62,961 nucleotides of DNA, filler included, from Dimargaris cristalligena (GCA_003614675.1; 6 parts of 6 records of this genome joined end to end with filler, not necessarily neighbours in it), one strand, 5' to 3'. Shown: positions 1 through 13,854, counted from the first letter of the whole stretch. Translations and numbers: made by a program. Notes: generated from the sequence alone by a model not told the origin.

Positions 1-3000
1 TTAGTAGAGGCGAATTACTCCTATGGTCATTATTAGGGTCGGGGGGGGGGGGGGGGTAAATGCGATAATGAAAGGAGTATGGCTAGGAGGGGTCCCAGTG
101 CGGATTTAAATCTAAATTGTATATAGGGGAGCCTAGATGCACTCTATAGCAAGACGAACTAGCAGGTGGCTGGTTGTGAAATAAAATATATATATTGAGT
201 GAAACTGGGTGGAGGGAGAGGAATGGATGGTTCTGATATAAGCGTGGTGGCGAAATGAATGGGGAGGGTATGTGCGTACGAGTGGCGGGGCCGAGGTGTC
301 ACGCTCTTAACTAGGAAGGAGATGCTGGTATTGGCAACTATAATAAGCGGTGGGAGATAAACACAACCTGCCGGCTAGTACTTTTTGGGCTAATATGAAG
401 AGAGAGAGAGAGAGAGAAAATAAAAAAATGAATAGAAACTGGGAGAGGAAGCAGGGAACGAGTGAGGGAGAAGAGGGGGTAACCGAGACTGTGGCAAGTG
501 AAAAAAGTGCAAAATTGGGATAGGAGTCGGTCAATCGATTTAACTCCGGGGTGAGCAACGTAGATAGGCGGGAGTATATGATGGGAGGGGATAGTCGCGT
601 TTAAATATGACCAGACTGGGCCAATACGTGAGGCTGTATTGGAGAACTGGTGAAAATGGAAAAAATACTAATAGGGAAAGCGATGCAGTGAGAGAGGTAT
701 GCAGAATTTTACTAGATGGGCGAGGGGGGTCTAGCAACTGAGGAATAGTTTGTACGAGGGAGTTGGCCTCAATATAAAAGGACTAGCCAAGTTGATTGGG
801 AGTGGAGAAATACAAGCAGAAATAATGATACCAGTGAGTGAATGAGATGAGCAAGAGTAATAGCTAGAAAACAAAGTTATGGTGAAGATAGAGCGGCTTA
901 CAAGGTAAACAAAACTCGTAGATACCGGAGAGGCGGTGGTAAGCGGGAATGGCCGGGCTTTTATATTCTCACGCGAGGGAGAGGAGTTTCGGATCCGAGA
1001 TGGGCTGGGCAAGAGGAGAGTGTCTGTGGGAGGAGAGTGAGGGTATATGCTATTAGTATTATAGTATACGCGGATATACTGCCCCCCCACTAGCCCTTAG
1101 ATGCATATATCTTGTATGCGCAGGTATGGAGGGGGGATTGGCAGGGAGGACAGTAGTGAATGGTTGGCGTATATTAAAGTAAGTAGATTGGTGAGCCCAG
1201 CCATACCGGAATGCCACAGGCGCATATTACAGGAGGAGAATGCCCTTGGCTTCCTATTTTTCTATATGGGTTCCACACGTATTCACACATATCCTCTCTT
1301 TTTTCTCTCGTTCTTTCTATCACTCTCTCTCTCTCTTTCTCTCTCTCATACACACGGACCATGTAGCATAATGGCAATCAGCCTGTATAGAGTCTCAACA
1401 TAATTCGGATACCTAATCCCCAATGACTCCTCCGAACACCGCATGGTTTTACGACTCTAATAGCTTATAATTAACCGGTATACCAATCTAGTGTAGCCCA
1501 AAATTAGAGTGGTAGGTACCCCAATTAACATCATATTACTGTCTGTTTCTGGCTTATCCGCCCCCTTCCACCCCCAGCATTATAACGCAGTAGGCAACAT
1601 AAATGCAGTGGAGACTAGTGATTATTCAACTAGCATGCTTCAGTTGGTCCTGAACCCTAACCGCTGGCCTTCCTTCCGGCCTCCTACACCGAACGGGATT
1701 TCGGCTGAACCACATCCATAAGCGTGCTAATACCGAAGCGTTTCTTTCATGGGGGGGGACTCGCCCTGCATTACCCAGTCCAATCTAGTTGGCTCGGGGT
1801 AGGGATACTTCATTGGATCGGGCGGAAGGGCAGGGGGGAATAATGGGCAGGGTGGGCACCCCCCCCCTCTCAATAGGTTCAGGTAAGCCTCTTTATCCGC
1901 ACACCTCGTGTACCGCCTTACTAAGAAGGGGCAGTCGCCTGGGTGGGGCAGTATAGAATCCCCGGCTGGACTATAAATGAAAATGTGACATATCAGGCAA
2001 TTCCAATGGAGGTCGGTCGTAGACGGGGCTGCAAGCCAATGCACATTCAACTTCCGCCTTTCATAGATAAAATCTAGCTGACTGTGTTCGAGGGAACCCC
2101 TCTCCGAATACCCCAGTTGCTTCTGAACAGCCTCCGCCATGTACCACACCCACCTGGATGTGGTAGAAAGTGGCTATTGGTGTAGAAGCCCTTCACACCC
2201 GCGTCTCTGTTATTTAGAAGGAGTGGGAGAGGGGGGAGGCATAGCGGCATCCAAATTTGGCCTAGGAATGGGAAGTAGCACCGTATTTCCTAATTAGGGC
2301 ACAGCGGCCGGAAGTGAAGTTTACGATATCGGTCCATTTCTAATAATGGGGATAAACCCTGGATCTCACTACTCCGCCCCCCCTTTTATTGGATCCGACG
2401 GTGCCCATTATAGACCAAACTCCACAAGCGGCTTGTTCCGTCGAAAGGTAGTCGACCACCCCAAACTTCATCCGACTTATTGTGGATGGGTAGATAGATC
2501 TGTGTGGGGGAGGGATGGATTCGAGGGCGGTCCAACCCGCCAACGCTTAAAACCCGGATATCCCGGGAAACAGATACAACCCCGTCCCCGTCTACAAGGG
2601 CCCACTTGAGTATTTCTCGCGCCTTTTTTTCGATTGTTTAAATTTTGGGTTTGGGCCTGAGAATATTAGTTTTTCGAGTATATATTGGCACTTGAACTTG
2701 GGGTGGAAAAGGCCATGCCACGCAACTCCCCCACCGTCTCGTTTACATCGAGCAATGGGTGATGGATTTTATATCCATGATTTACGGTTTCTAATACGGG
2801 TTGGCCATCGACAGGAACCCCTTTTCCTCTTCATTCCCAAGCAACCTTCAGCCAAATGGCAATTGATCCCAATTGGCAATAATTGCACCTGATCTACTAC
2901 TTAACGCATCGCAAATAAACAACATCCTGCTGGATGTGGAGAATGGATGGGGAGCACGCTGTGTAGTGCAGAACCAAGCTGGTCAACTTTTTCTCCTCTT

Positions 3001-6000
3001 AACGTGCCGAGTTTCCCTTGCTCATCAATGTATTTCATGGACAATCAAATGGATTTGGATCCCTTCTTGCTATCTAATCCTGACCACAACAAATAGATAT
3101 TCCCAGCTCTAGTCCTGGCCTCGGTTTTCAACATATGGCTATACTATTCCTTCACTGTCATTATATTTTTTTCCATACTAACGCACAGACATACCCACGC
3201 CCACTTTTTCTTCCAGCAACCCAAAATAGAGAAAGAGGGTTCCGGGCAGCCGACTACTACCCACGGGCCATGCTTAATTCTAATAACCAGCTCACCTGGG
3301 TCACTGGATCGTTTTCACCTGTGTATGTATTTTTTTATATGACACTGTAACCAGATTTTTCCCGACAAGTTTTTGTACCACTTTGAATTAAAGACAACCT
3401 ATTGAATCTCCTATGAATAGACAATCTCTAGGGAGACCCACTCACCATACGCTACATATTCTTCATTTTCTAATTCAAGCCCATCGAACCTATTGACACA
3501 CACGTCGGGAGGAGGTACCCACAGTATGGCTGGGTAAACGCATACGCATGGTATAAACCATATTTAAAAAGTCCTGTAGAGGCCGGATATGGGCCAGTCG
3601 TAAGTATGGCAACTATGCATAAGTAGGAGGTGTTTTATTTTAGTATCATGTTATTTACCCTGCACCCGGGGCATCGGGATCGTCCGCACAGCTGCTTACT
3701 TATCGCGGGGCATTCACAGACCATTCAAAGTATCCGATTCGATGTAATGCAGTAATTCTCCCCCACGCCTCCCCTTCCTCACTATTCTTTAACCGATGAG
3801 CTGGGGACGGATAGTGGTGTAGAACAAAACCACCATTGGTCCACTAAATCAGGCGATAAAGCTGAGTTGTAAGCCCTTAATTGCGCCGGATAAAAAAGCC
3901 ACAGACTTCTCGAATGGTGTTTTACTGAAATTGGAAATAGGGAGGGGATCCGGGGGACAATTGGCCAAAATGGGGGGCTAAACACCACACCCTAAAGCGA
4001 TACGCACAGTCATCCGGACTCTATTCCCATTATATCGCACCGGTAGTGTTTTACCATGGTGACCAGCTTGGACTTAGCCACCAAGCCATTGCTGTTTAAT
4101 GTATTATATACATAATCCACATCTATATGGATGGATAGAGGTTATCAACTTTAGTGAAGATGATCTTTATCTGATTCGAAAACCCAGCCTAGAAAGGAGT
4201 GGCGCGCCGAAAACAGGAAAAAAATAGATGCGAGGATAGGCAGGCTGCTTATTTACCTGTGCCTCGTATATCCATGATTCATGTAGGCGGCGGCTCGGCT
4301 GTTTTGGATATCATAATAGGCACATTGTATTCGCCACAGATTCCTTCTTTTATCTCTGTATGGACACTTAGTTTCAAGTCCACCAAATAATAATAATATT
4401 AATTAGGTAGCTATATATCTGTATGATATGCCTTCGTTAAGAATTGGATAGTCAATGAAGACCACCGCGGTAAGTATGCCTATGCGGAAACCGCCCGTTT
4501 GGGCTGGGGACATTGGTAAATCCGGATTTTTTCTTTGCCCTGCCCCTTTTTTTGCCTTTTTTCATTTTCAAGTACTTTCACAAGTTAATAACCAGCCCGC
4601 CTTTGTAGTCCTCTTCGTCGGCCCCCGACCTTTTTTCCACTTATCTTTTTGGACCGGAGTCCAGGCCAGCTAATGAATTCTGAGATCCATTCGGTATTCG
4701 TATCAAGCTACATGAAGAAGGTACGGGTGGAACCATGGGTCGGTCAAGCCCCCCATTCGATAAGACTATAGTATAAAGGGTTGTCAATAGAGGGCGAGGG
4801 GTAGGGAAAAGGTGAGGGGAGGGGATCGTAAAACCATCGGTACAATAGGCGGAAAAGCAACATTCCGTTTGGCTAGTTTAATTCCGGGTTTCACCTCCCG
4901 GTTCCTTTTTTCGGAGAGCCCACCCACTCGGCGTGAAGTGAAGAGATGTATTGTAGGCGTGGCTGGGTCGGAAAGAGTGGCCGCAGGACGCAAGGTTAAC
5001 ATTAATGGACCCGCTTCGTTATACAAGTATTCTCCACTCGGCTCGGTGGTTCGTTATTACCGTCGACGAGACTGAATATTCATCTTAAATGAAAGATATA
5101 CCATCTCGCGCCGGACAATTGTATGCCCGTGTAATACAGCGACAGGGCGAATCGGTGATAAAGCAGCCTCGCCGGAAACACCGGCAAGTAGACACAGGGT
5201 GTTCTAGTGGTAGTAGTAGTACAATCAACCAAGACGGTAGAGCCTAAGGTTAATGCCAGACAAGCCGAGGGGTATCAAACGGGGGAACACGAACCGGCTT
5301 CACAAAAGAAAGGTCGGTGCAACCCATTGTGCAGTGGGCCTGTACTCTTTCGGGATATAGCAGAAAGAAAATAAGAAATAGAAAATAGCGACACGCCCCC
5401 ATGCTGACCGGCCCACTTCTTAAGCCGTGATATACGAAGTATGAAAATCAGTTCAAGATTGCCGAGCAAGAGCGGGGATAAATAAAGTGGCCCGCTAAGG
5501 AGTAAGGTGTCTTCCTAATCAGGTCAGCGTGGCTCACTGGAAGAAGGGAGTATTCTCTTCATTTGTTTCGAACTAGTGCTTAATTCATAGGCTATAACTT
5601 CGGGGGTTGACTATTGGTAAGATATGCATAACAGTGAGCTACTCAGATTGATTGCCATTCACACTCGCCATGTCAATGTAGGTCGCCGGAGCTGACAGGT
5701 CTTCGGGCTAACTGGTCTGGTACATTCGGTTGATTGAAGGGGGGGTGGAGGCTCTGGTGTATGAAGGGAAAAGGAACGCCATAGCCTCCATTGCTTCCGA
5801 CGCGGGTATTGACCGAGGCTGGGTTATTTAACCGGTAACGCAGCGATTATTCGTGCCGAAATGGAAAAGTGCCTTAGAATAGAAGGCGGGGTTTATTACC
5901 CGATTAAGGGGAAGTGGTATAGGCCGCACAGTGCCCTGCTACTACATTTATAGTCCTCACGCTCTGGTGGCTGGATCGGCTTGCAGTTTTATTAGTGGCC

Positions 6001-6419
6001 AAACCCTCCACTATTACACTCCCGCTCAGCGTTACCGTTAGCGATAAAGCTATTAGGGTGGATAACAGAACAATGTAATCCTACAGTTCTGAGGGCGTTT
6101 CAATACGAAGCGGTAGTAGATAGCATTTCTAACTGAAAGCAGTGAAGAGCTTCTCTCTGGGCTCTCTGGTATTCTATATCTCGGGTGGTTAGTGAGTGCC
6201 CAGCAAACTAGCTGCGATTCCCTGAAAGTTGCACAGGGCGCAGTCTTGGCCTATCTTCTTAATTCACTCTTACCCATGGTTTTATAGTTTGGATTCACTT
6301 TGACTTATTCTAGTCACAATCAGCCCCAACCCTTGTCTGACTTACGCGGAGATCGAGCCACCCATCAATTTGCCTCTCGGACATTTCTTCTGATTTTGAA
6401 GTGCGACTCTTTATCCCCC

Positions 6420-7594
6420 ATGTACCCCCTCATTCTCCAGAGCCGGCTGATCCAGCTAACCCGCGCCCCAACGGCAGCCAACTGCCGCCGTACCTTGGCG
6501 TCGGTATCGTGGTTGCCCTCCGTTCACCCGAGCCGTGGTAGCATTAGCCCGGCAGGGCGTGTAGGAGTAGTACTCCCCGGGACCAGTTCTCCGCTTCTTC
6601 CCTCGGCCTCCCCCTCCATTTTGGCCTCTTTTTCGCGCACTGCCCTATTCCCGGGTCTCCTCCACCCGACGACCCCCCGGCACTACTACTCGTCCAATGC
6701 CAATCTCCGCAAGTTGACCCAGCGGTTGAGCAATACCCAAGTGGCGCTGGGTAAATTCCAGCTTACCGATTTATACATTGGTACCGCCTCGAACACGATT
6801 CGGAATGCGTGGCGGATAGGTGTGGGGGTGTTTTGCGTCACCATTTGGGCGGTGCCGTTCCTCTATTTTACCGCGCAAGATCCTGTGAAAGCTGCGATTG
6901 CCGGTAAGTACAATAATCTCGGGTACAGCCCCTGTCTCCCCACACCTTGGCCTTACCTTATTATTTTGTCGGTTGGTTGAGCCGATGTCCCCTCGTAAAA
7001 TGTGGCCGTCGTATTTGATATGGAGGCTATTACGATGAGGATGGTTATTTTTATAATGTTCTTTTACTTAGAACTTGTATAACGCTGGCTAACCATAACT
7101 CCCAACCACCTATTCTACCGATGATTCCACCCATTACACCAGCGGGTTATGCGTCCATGATTCCCTTCCTCATGTTCTACGCCGTCAACCGGCGGATAGT
7201 CACACGCATGTGGCTCGTCAGCGACCGGGACGGCCAACTGCCCCGGGCCGTCCGTGAAACCTTTGCCTCCACGCAGTTTAACCCCCGGGGACCTCTATTC
7301 CCCCAGCAGCTGGTCGCTATTGAAGTGTACCCATTCATGCGTCCCGCCAAACCCTACGTGGTCTCCATTGACCAACTCGTCCCCCGCGGTATGCACCGGA
7401 ATCGGGAGCGTTGGGAATTCACGTGCACCCGGGATGCTAATGGCCGTAAACTACCCAGCTATATCTATTTCCACGATAAATCAACCCAGGTATTCGCGGA
7501 ATTGAAAATCTTGAAACACCAGGTCGAGGCCATTAAAAATAAAACGGCCGTCGCGGGACCCAAGGCTGCTCGTATCACGGCTCCCCCGGCTTAG
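6420..7594 (+). CDS. Two-exon mitochondrial inner-membrane protein, TMEM70/TMEM186/TMEM223-like (~311 aa)
   Basis: Exons 6420-6903 and 7143-7594 (GTAAGT donor, GCTAAC branch near 7088, CAG acceptor) join in frame. The N-terminus is Arg/Ser/Leu-rich and acid-poor, like a presequence. It is followed by LYIG..IR, two hydrophobic segments and RRIVTRMWL, the layout of the TMEM70/186/223 group. Family call is by eye. Confidence 0.55.
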
Positions 7595-7904
7595 AGGCAG
7601 TTCATTTTTTGTTTGCATATCTATTATAATTTATAATTAGGGGCCGAGGGGTAATTTAAAGCCGTTGGTTCACTGCATATTATTGCAAAGCTCCACTGCG
7701 TAACGTCTATTGTTATTCTGGGGATTCTTATTTCGGGGATACTGATTATAGCTAAAATCGAAGTCTCGCCCTTCTTATTCCCCAATAAACCTACATGCTT
7801 ACCCGAGGTTTTTATACTGGACATGCCATTTAAAATATCTAAATGTGGAAGGGGTTTGGATCCAACTGCATAGCCAAACTATCTGTTGGATGGGACAATT
7901 TCTA

Positions 7905-8144
7905 CTGCCTAAAAATGGATTTCCCACCAATTTTTCAACCAAAATAGAGTTAATGGTGGTATCAAATTTCACCCATATGCAGCCATTTCTCGAAATGGAG
8001 ATAATTTCTTGGCCAAAACTTGGGCAAGCCGATTTAGACCAGAAGTCCAGGTTTGAATTCAGTTGGCCATTGCCAACTTTGTAGTAGTGTAGTAAACTAC
8101 CCTAGCTCGGAGAGAAATCCAAACCCCAGTCCATTTTTAGGTTG
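7905..8144. mobile_element. Putative 240-bp MITE (Tc1/mariner-type TA target site)
   Basis: Left end CTGCCTAAAAATGGA (7905-7919) matches the reverse complement of the right end TCCATTTTTAGGTTG (8130-8144) at 13/15 positions. TA lies directly outside both ends (7903-7904, 8145-8146). The interior is AT-rich with no credible ORF. Confidence 0.45.
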
Positions 8145-8312
8145 TACCCACTGGTGCCCCGTGTGCTGCCAAATTATAACCCAGCACAGCTGAATGTGCA
8201 CCTTCTCTCCTATTTCTCCCCTACTTCACTTAGTACCTGGCCCACCCACACCCAGGGACTCTTCCGCATCGACAACAGTTCTCCCTCAAAAAAAGCACGT
8301 CTCTTGTCCACT

Positions 8313-9867
8313 ATGGCTGACCAGGACCACTCCCCACCGGAGTCTATAGACAACCTAGTTCATGAGGTCCAAGAGTTGCGGGTGACAAGCGATGTTCAGG
8401 GCGACGACCCAGCCCAAGGTGAAAAGTCAGCGGACCCGGCCCCTAGTAAACCGTGGAAAGGCCAACGGGCCTTGGGCCGAGATCCGGAACAAGGTGGGTG
8501 TTACATAGGGAGAAGCATGCTACTTTAACTTATTGAACTGGCTTGGGCTGAAGGGGACAGCAGAGGCAGGAGGTCCAGAGACCATTATAGCTCATTGTAT
8601 TTCGGAACATAGGGCCATGGCTAATTATGTGACTGTATTTTTTACTTCGCTTGCATGGGGGGCGGAACCGCCGGATTCCAATGCGACTAATGTCCACAAC
8701 CACCCACTCGCTCACCCACCGCCCCTTCCTTGTATTCCACCCATCAGTCATTGTCAATATCATCCGCATCGCATGCTCGGACATTATCGCGGATCCCGAC
8801 TTTGAGAGCAAGCTGCGCACCATTAAGGAACTCTTCCTCGAACGCGACTATATCGGGGTCTTTGGGGATCTCACCAACCTCCCCATTTACACGGCCCAAT
8901 ACATTCCCGGCCGCGCCTTGTGTTATTTTAATTTGTTTACGCGTCAGCCCGCCCTATTTGCCCTGCTTACCAAGCGACCGCGGATTTTTTGTATGGGGGG
9001 AGGGGCCGGCAGTGAGTTGGTGGCTTTGGCCGCTGCATCATTGCTGTTCCCGCCGTATGCTACTAGTTCATCGGGGGACGGGGATAGTGGGAAGGCTGGT
9101 CCGTCTCGGTTGAAGAAAACAACCGGGTCGAGGTCAAAGGCGAAGACGAAGGCGGGGCCAGGGTCGGGGCCGGAGTCAGTAGTAAAGGAAACCCCATCCA
9201 CGCCCGCCCCGTTAATCTGCCATGCCCAGGATTTCGTCGACTGGGGACCTACGTTAGCCCGCCTCGAAACTACTATTCGGGATATTTGGCACATCCCCCC
9301 TACTTGGTTTCAGACCGAGTTTACCGTAGGCAACCTACTCGACATTGACCATGATCTGGAGAATCGGATAGCCCAAGCCGATTTAGTGACAAGTCTCTTT
9401 TTGATGAACGAATTGTTTTGCCAGCAAAGTAAAGCCATGAGACTGGTCACGACTCTAATTAAGTGTTTGAAACCGGGGAAGCACTTTCTGGTAAGTTAGC
9501 GGCTCGATTGATTCGGCTTAGGTTTGATAGTCACAAAAAGTTTGGCTATTCTTTGACAGTCTCACGACCTACCAAGGCTCCCCATTGCCCTAACTTTGCA
9601 CTTCACTAATAGTGCCTTTTGTTTCGTACTTTCTTGCCCTCTCCTCCCTTCCGCGAATATTAGCTGGTTGACTCCGCCGGATCATTTTCCCAAATCAAGA
9701 TTGGCAACCACACCTACATGCTATATAAAGTGTTCGACTCTTTAAAGCAACACTTCAAACCGATCATCAGCGACAATAACCAGTGGTACCGCTACCCTTC
9801 ACATCTTCAATACCCGCTCCGTCTCGATAACATGCAGTACTATATTCGGCTATACGAAAAACTCTGA
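8313..9867 (+). CDS. BMT6: 25S rRNA uridine-N3 methyltransferase (Bmt6/DUF3115 family), 3 exons, ~375 aa
   Basis: Exons 8313-8493, 8748-9490, 9664-9867 splice in frame. Motifs YTAQYIPGRALCY, IFCMGGGAGSE (SAM-binding), LFLMNELF, LVDSAGSFS and C-terminal WYR...LQYPLRLDNMQYYIRLY match the Bmt6 family. Confidence 0.85.
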
Positions 9868-10422
9868 TAGTTTGTTGGCGAGGGAATTTGGTATCCCGTT
9901 TGCCCTATTTTTATTTATTATTTTTACTTGAAACCCTTTTACATGGGGGTGGTTAGAATAAAGAGAGCTTCGAGATATCGTATGCTTTACAAATAGCTCT
10001 AGTTCCATAATACCTGGCCATAGTTGCCCCGCCTTAATTCACGTGATCTCTATCTTCCACCCCGCCCCTATGGTGCTTTTTTTTCTTCATTACTATACCT
10101 GAAAATATTAGTAGCCTCCGCACTATCAGTCGAAGCTATTGCCAAAGTGAGAAATTATTAAGCAAATTGGCCCGAAAGTCAAGGCGAAAGGAGTTATTAC
10201 TAACCCAATGAGAAGGAAACAGAGCTGAGCTTCCCGCACCTCATTTGTCTTTGGTAGCTCTTAAGGCTATTACACTCCTCGTTGCATTTCATTCCCTCGG
10301 GTCAACCTTACTTTTGCATTTGTGTATAATATTATCGCCCCTCTCACTTCGTTGTTCTAGTTGGAATTGTTGAGTCACCCACACTCTACCATTTCCTATT
10401 TTAATATATCTTTTAACCCCCC

Positions 10423-10522
10423 NNNNNNNNNNNNNNNNNNNNNNNNNNNNNNNNNNNNNNNNNNNNTTAATTAATTAANNNNNNNNNNNNNNNNNNNNNN
10501 NNNNNNNNNNNNNNNNNNNNNN
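10423..10522. other. Artificial contig linker (N44-TTAATTAATTAA-N44)
   Basis: Exactly 100 bp with a palindromic all-frame stop cassette; identical at five positions. Confidence 0.98.
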
Positions 10523-11701
10523 CGCATTGGCAATGGGTTTTTCAATTTGACCCGGCTTGTGGCCACCATATGGGCGATAAGGGCCCTGTGCGCTGTGCGA
10601 GTAGAATTTATTTACTATGAGTTCGAGTGTAAGTATGAAGAATATGACGATGCTGTGAACAATAACTTGTGTTTCCCAGTAATTAATGTTATATACACGC
10701 ATTACCAATATAGCTGGGATGTGCTGAACTAAATATTCGACTGCCGAGAGACGCAACCAATCTGTTTTTCGACTCATTAACTCTTCCCTCATTCCTATCA
10801 CTGCCTAGCTACAGTCAATAAGCCTCTATTAGTTAGTTGACCAACCTACCAACATTGCCCCCATTTTACGGAAGCCTTTTCGCAATCCAATTACTCTATG
10901 GTGTCGCAGGTTTAGTAAGGAGGTGCCTCTTATATGTATATGGTGGCATCAAAGGCCTCTTGGGAGTATACTTGTGGATAGTATAGGTGTACATGTATTT
11001 CCTATGGTGTTTATTCTTGGCCAAGTGGCAAGGAGTTTACCCCCCCCCCCCCCAATAATACGGCGACCAGCCCTCATTCTACCAATACACACTTATTTAG
11101 GACACCGCCTAGGTAGGTGTGCCGTTTTCTGAAACCTTTTTTATTGATTTATTATTATGAAGGTCAATTTTATTACTCAACTTAGCTGGTTGAAATTGCT
11201 TTATATTGTAGTGTACTATACTAATATTAATAATAGCTATTATCTGGACTAGAATCTCTCCTATATTTAAGGAACCACTGTGAATTCAACGCATTGATAT
11301 AATTAATAGTAAAAGCTTTCTGCTTTTTCCCGATACCCGACCAACTTTTTCCTCGGTTCCAGTTGACGACGACTCTATCTACCCACCTCTAGCGGCTTGC
11401 CGGTTGAATCAGTTACTCATGAGTGAATTGCTTGGACTATTACCCTTTCCGTTTCCTTACCCTTTTTTACCCTTGTCCATTTTCACATTTGTAGCATCTT
11501 TTGGGCTTTGTTGTGCATTCCCTTTTATTCACCTTGGCCTAGTTATTAACCATGCTACGTTCCAACCGAACTATAAACTAATTTACACTCCTGGTTGTCA
11601 CTATTTCGCAAGAGAACTCCCTTTTCCCCTACCCAATCAGTTTCAACCAATCGTCCCTTTATTTTACCAACTTAAATTTCTGTCCCCCCACCGTTATCCC
11701 C

Positions 11702-13854
11702 ATGGCCACACCCGCTGGCCAGCGTGCTGCCGTCCCATCGCCCATGACCAACAGCACTCCTTCCAAGTCGACTCCAACTGCAGCCGATTGTCGCGTGGTG
11801 ATAGACCAACCGGTGGTTCAGGCGCTTCTTCAACTGGTCCTTGGTGATGCCCATTACCCCATTCACGGCTATTTGGGTGGTCGCCGTTTGCAAGAACAGT
11901 CCACTACGGCGGCTCATACCACGGACTACTTGCATATTCAGTTATTTTTCCCCGGTCGGCGAGTTGTCGGAACCGGTCACCAGGGTTCAGCGTCCACCCC
12001 AGTGGAAGAAAGGGCCAAATCCGCTGACCTCTGGCCCGGGCAGGAAACCCCAATCAACGCCCAAGGTCTGGGAGACTGGGCCCATGCTGAAACGGAATTC
12101 GGCGCACCCCACGCCGAGTCGATGGAAGCGGCCCATCGGCACTTTGAATCCGTCGGTTTGGACATGCTGGGTGCCTACCTAAATACAATAGGTCAGAGCC
12201 CTTATCCCCAAGATGGGGTGCCTCCGGCAATCCATGCTTTACCATCCCCTTCGGTAGGCGAGCAACTCCGGCGGTTGGCTGAAACTGGAAGGCCGACGAT
12301 AACGGCCAAATGGATTTATTTGGTATTGGCCCCGCCCAGCTTCCCCGTACCCACGCCCGAATGTCCACCCGTACTCCGCAATTACGTTTCCCTGTACCAT
12401 ATCCTTCCAGAAGCTTTAAGCCCGGATTCCAATGGCGTTAATGGCGGTAGTAGAAGTGGGAATGGGAGTAGTGCTCCGCCTTTTTCACCCACGGAAGGTC
12501 CGTCAGCTGCGCCATCGCTCAGCAACCCCTTGATTACTCCGCCTTCAGCTTGTCCCAGCCTTCGGCCCATTCTGCATTTGGCCATTAACCCCCTTTCGCA
12601 GGTACCGCCTTCCGTATTTCGCCAATCCAAACTAGCTCTTCTCACAGCTCTGGATGAGCTGAAACAGGCCTACGCGGAACGACAAACCGAAACATTGCCC
12701 GATAATCCCTCGACTTGTCTAGAATACAATTCCAAGGCCTCCCAATTCCTATCGCACCTCTATGCATTTCTTTCGAGCGGTGGCGCTGAGGTAAGTCACC
12801 GGAGCTTCTTAAGCAGGGTTTATCCCGTATATCCTATCCCCCGCCTCTCCTCCAATGGCCCACCCCTGTTAAAACAGGTAGATCCGATTCTATTGATTGC
12901 TGGGCATTCAATTAATACCAGGAGTTCACTCATTACTACTTTTTCCGTACACCCACACCCACTTCATTTATCATTTTTATCATAAGAGACACGGTGACCG
13001 AATGGATATTTACTTCGCATGGCTTTATTATACTTGTTTACCTCATCCACCTCCTCTTTGAAAACCTCGACATGTCTCGGGAAACGCTACCAACTATACA
13101 ATGGTAGCATATTCGCTGGATTGACCAAGAGTATACCCAGCTAGCGACCGCTAAACTTCATCTCAAATCGCAAATCGCCCAGCGGCTAGCCAAACTACGG
13201 GAAGCCTGGGAACACGAACTGAACGAAAATCCCGTGAAAGGCACCGATCTGTCGCCAGTATCATCGGCACAGTCATTTACACGTTTTCTAAGTCAGGTAA
13301 GGCTGGTGGGCTGTCATTGGTATTATCCAGTTGTTTTTTTTTGTAAACAAGACCACTGCCAACCACTCTAGAGATATACCATGATAACCGATGGCAAATA
13401 CATTACTCGGTTTATTTACGAACAGCATTCCCCCCATTGGATGCTTTCAACCCATACCCGGCTTATTTTGACCTAGTTTTAATATTTTGTCCACTATGAT
13501 CTACTGCATGTATTATGCCCGTTTTTAATTATTGATTGATAGGCACAACAGCAGCACGCTACCCCAACGGGCAATGCCAGGGGCTGTCCAGAAGCGCCGG
13601 GTCCCGAGGAACTAGACGAGCGGGTGTATTGGCTGGATCCTCTTCCAGCGATAACTTCAATGGCATCGCCCTACCCCCAAACCAAGGCCAACCAGTTAGA
13701 GAGCGACCGTCAAATATCGGGTCCTTCCCAGGTGGGGAGTTTTGATACCGTTGGGCCTACCTCTATATCGAATGACCCCGGGCCATTCTTGCATTCCCCC
13801 GCTCAACTACAGAAACCCCGGTCTTCCAAGGAGACTGCCAAAGGAAGGGATTGA
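11702..13854 (+). CDS. MPN-domain protein, BRCC36-like, JAMM catalytic motif degenerate; 3 exons, ~529 aa
   Basis: Exons 11702-12790, 13108-13296, 13543-13854 (all phase 0, GTAAG donors, TAG acceptors). MPN-like elements: VVIDQPVV...IHGYLGG...LHIQLFFP...FESVGLDMLGAY. The later helical segment LDELKQAY...YNSKASQFLSHL and the coiled coil HIRWIDQEYTQLATAKLHLKSQI resemble the BRCC36 C-terminus. Gene structure is solid; the family call is by eye. Confidence 0.6.

Noticed and set aside
307..5469. Numerous 60-140 aa ORFs in contig 1, including 1727-2149 (-)
   Set aside because: No recognisable domains or consistent splice structure; many are low-complexity products of purine/pyrimidine tracts.
10467..10478. 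TTAATTAATTAA palindrome as a piggyBac TTAA site or regulatory element
   Set aside because: It sits at the centre of identical N-padded linkers and is synthetic.
10523..10732. Possible last exons of a gene (...VEFIYYEFE|SGMC*)
   Set aside because: Splice signals are plausible, but the fragment is too short to fix the frame or product.
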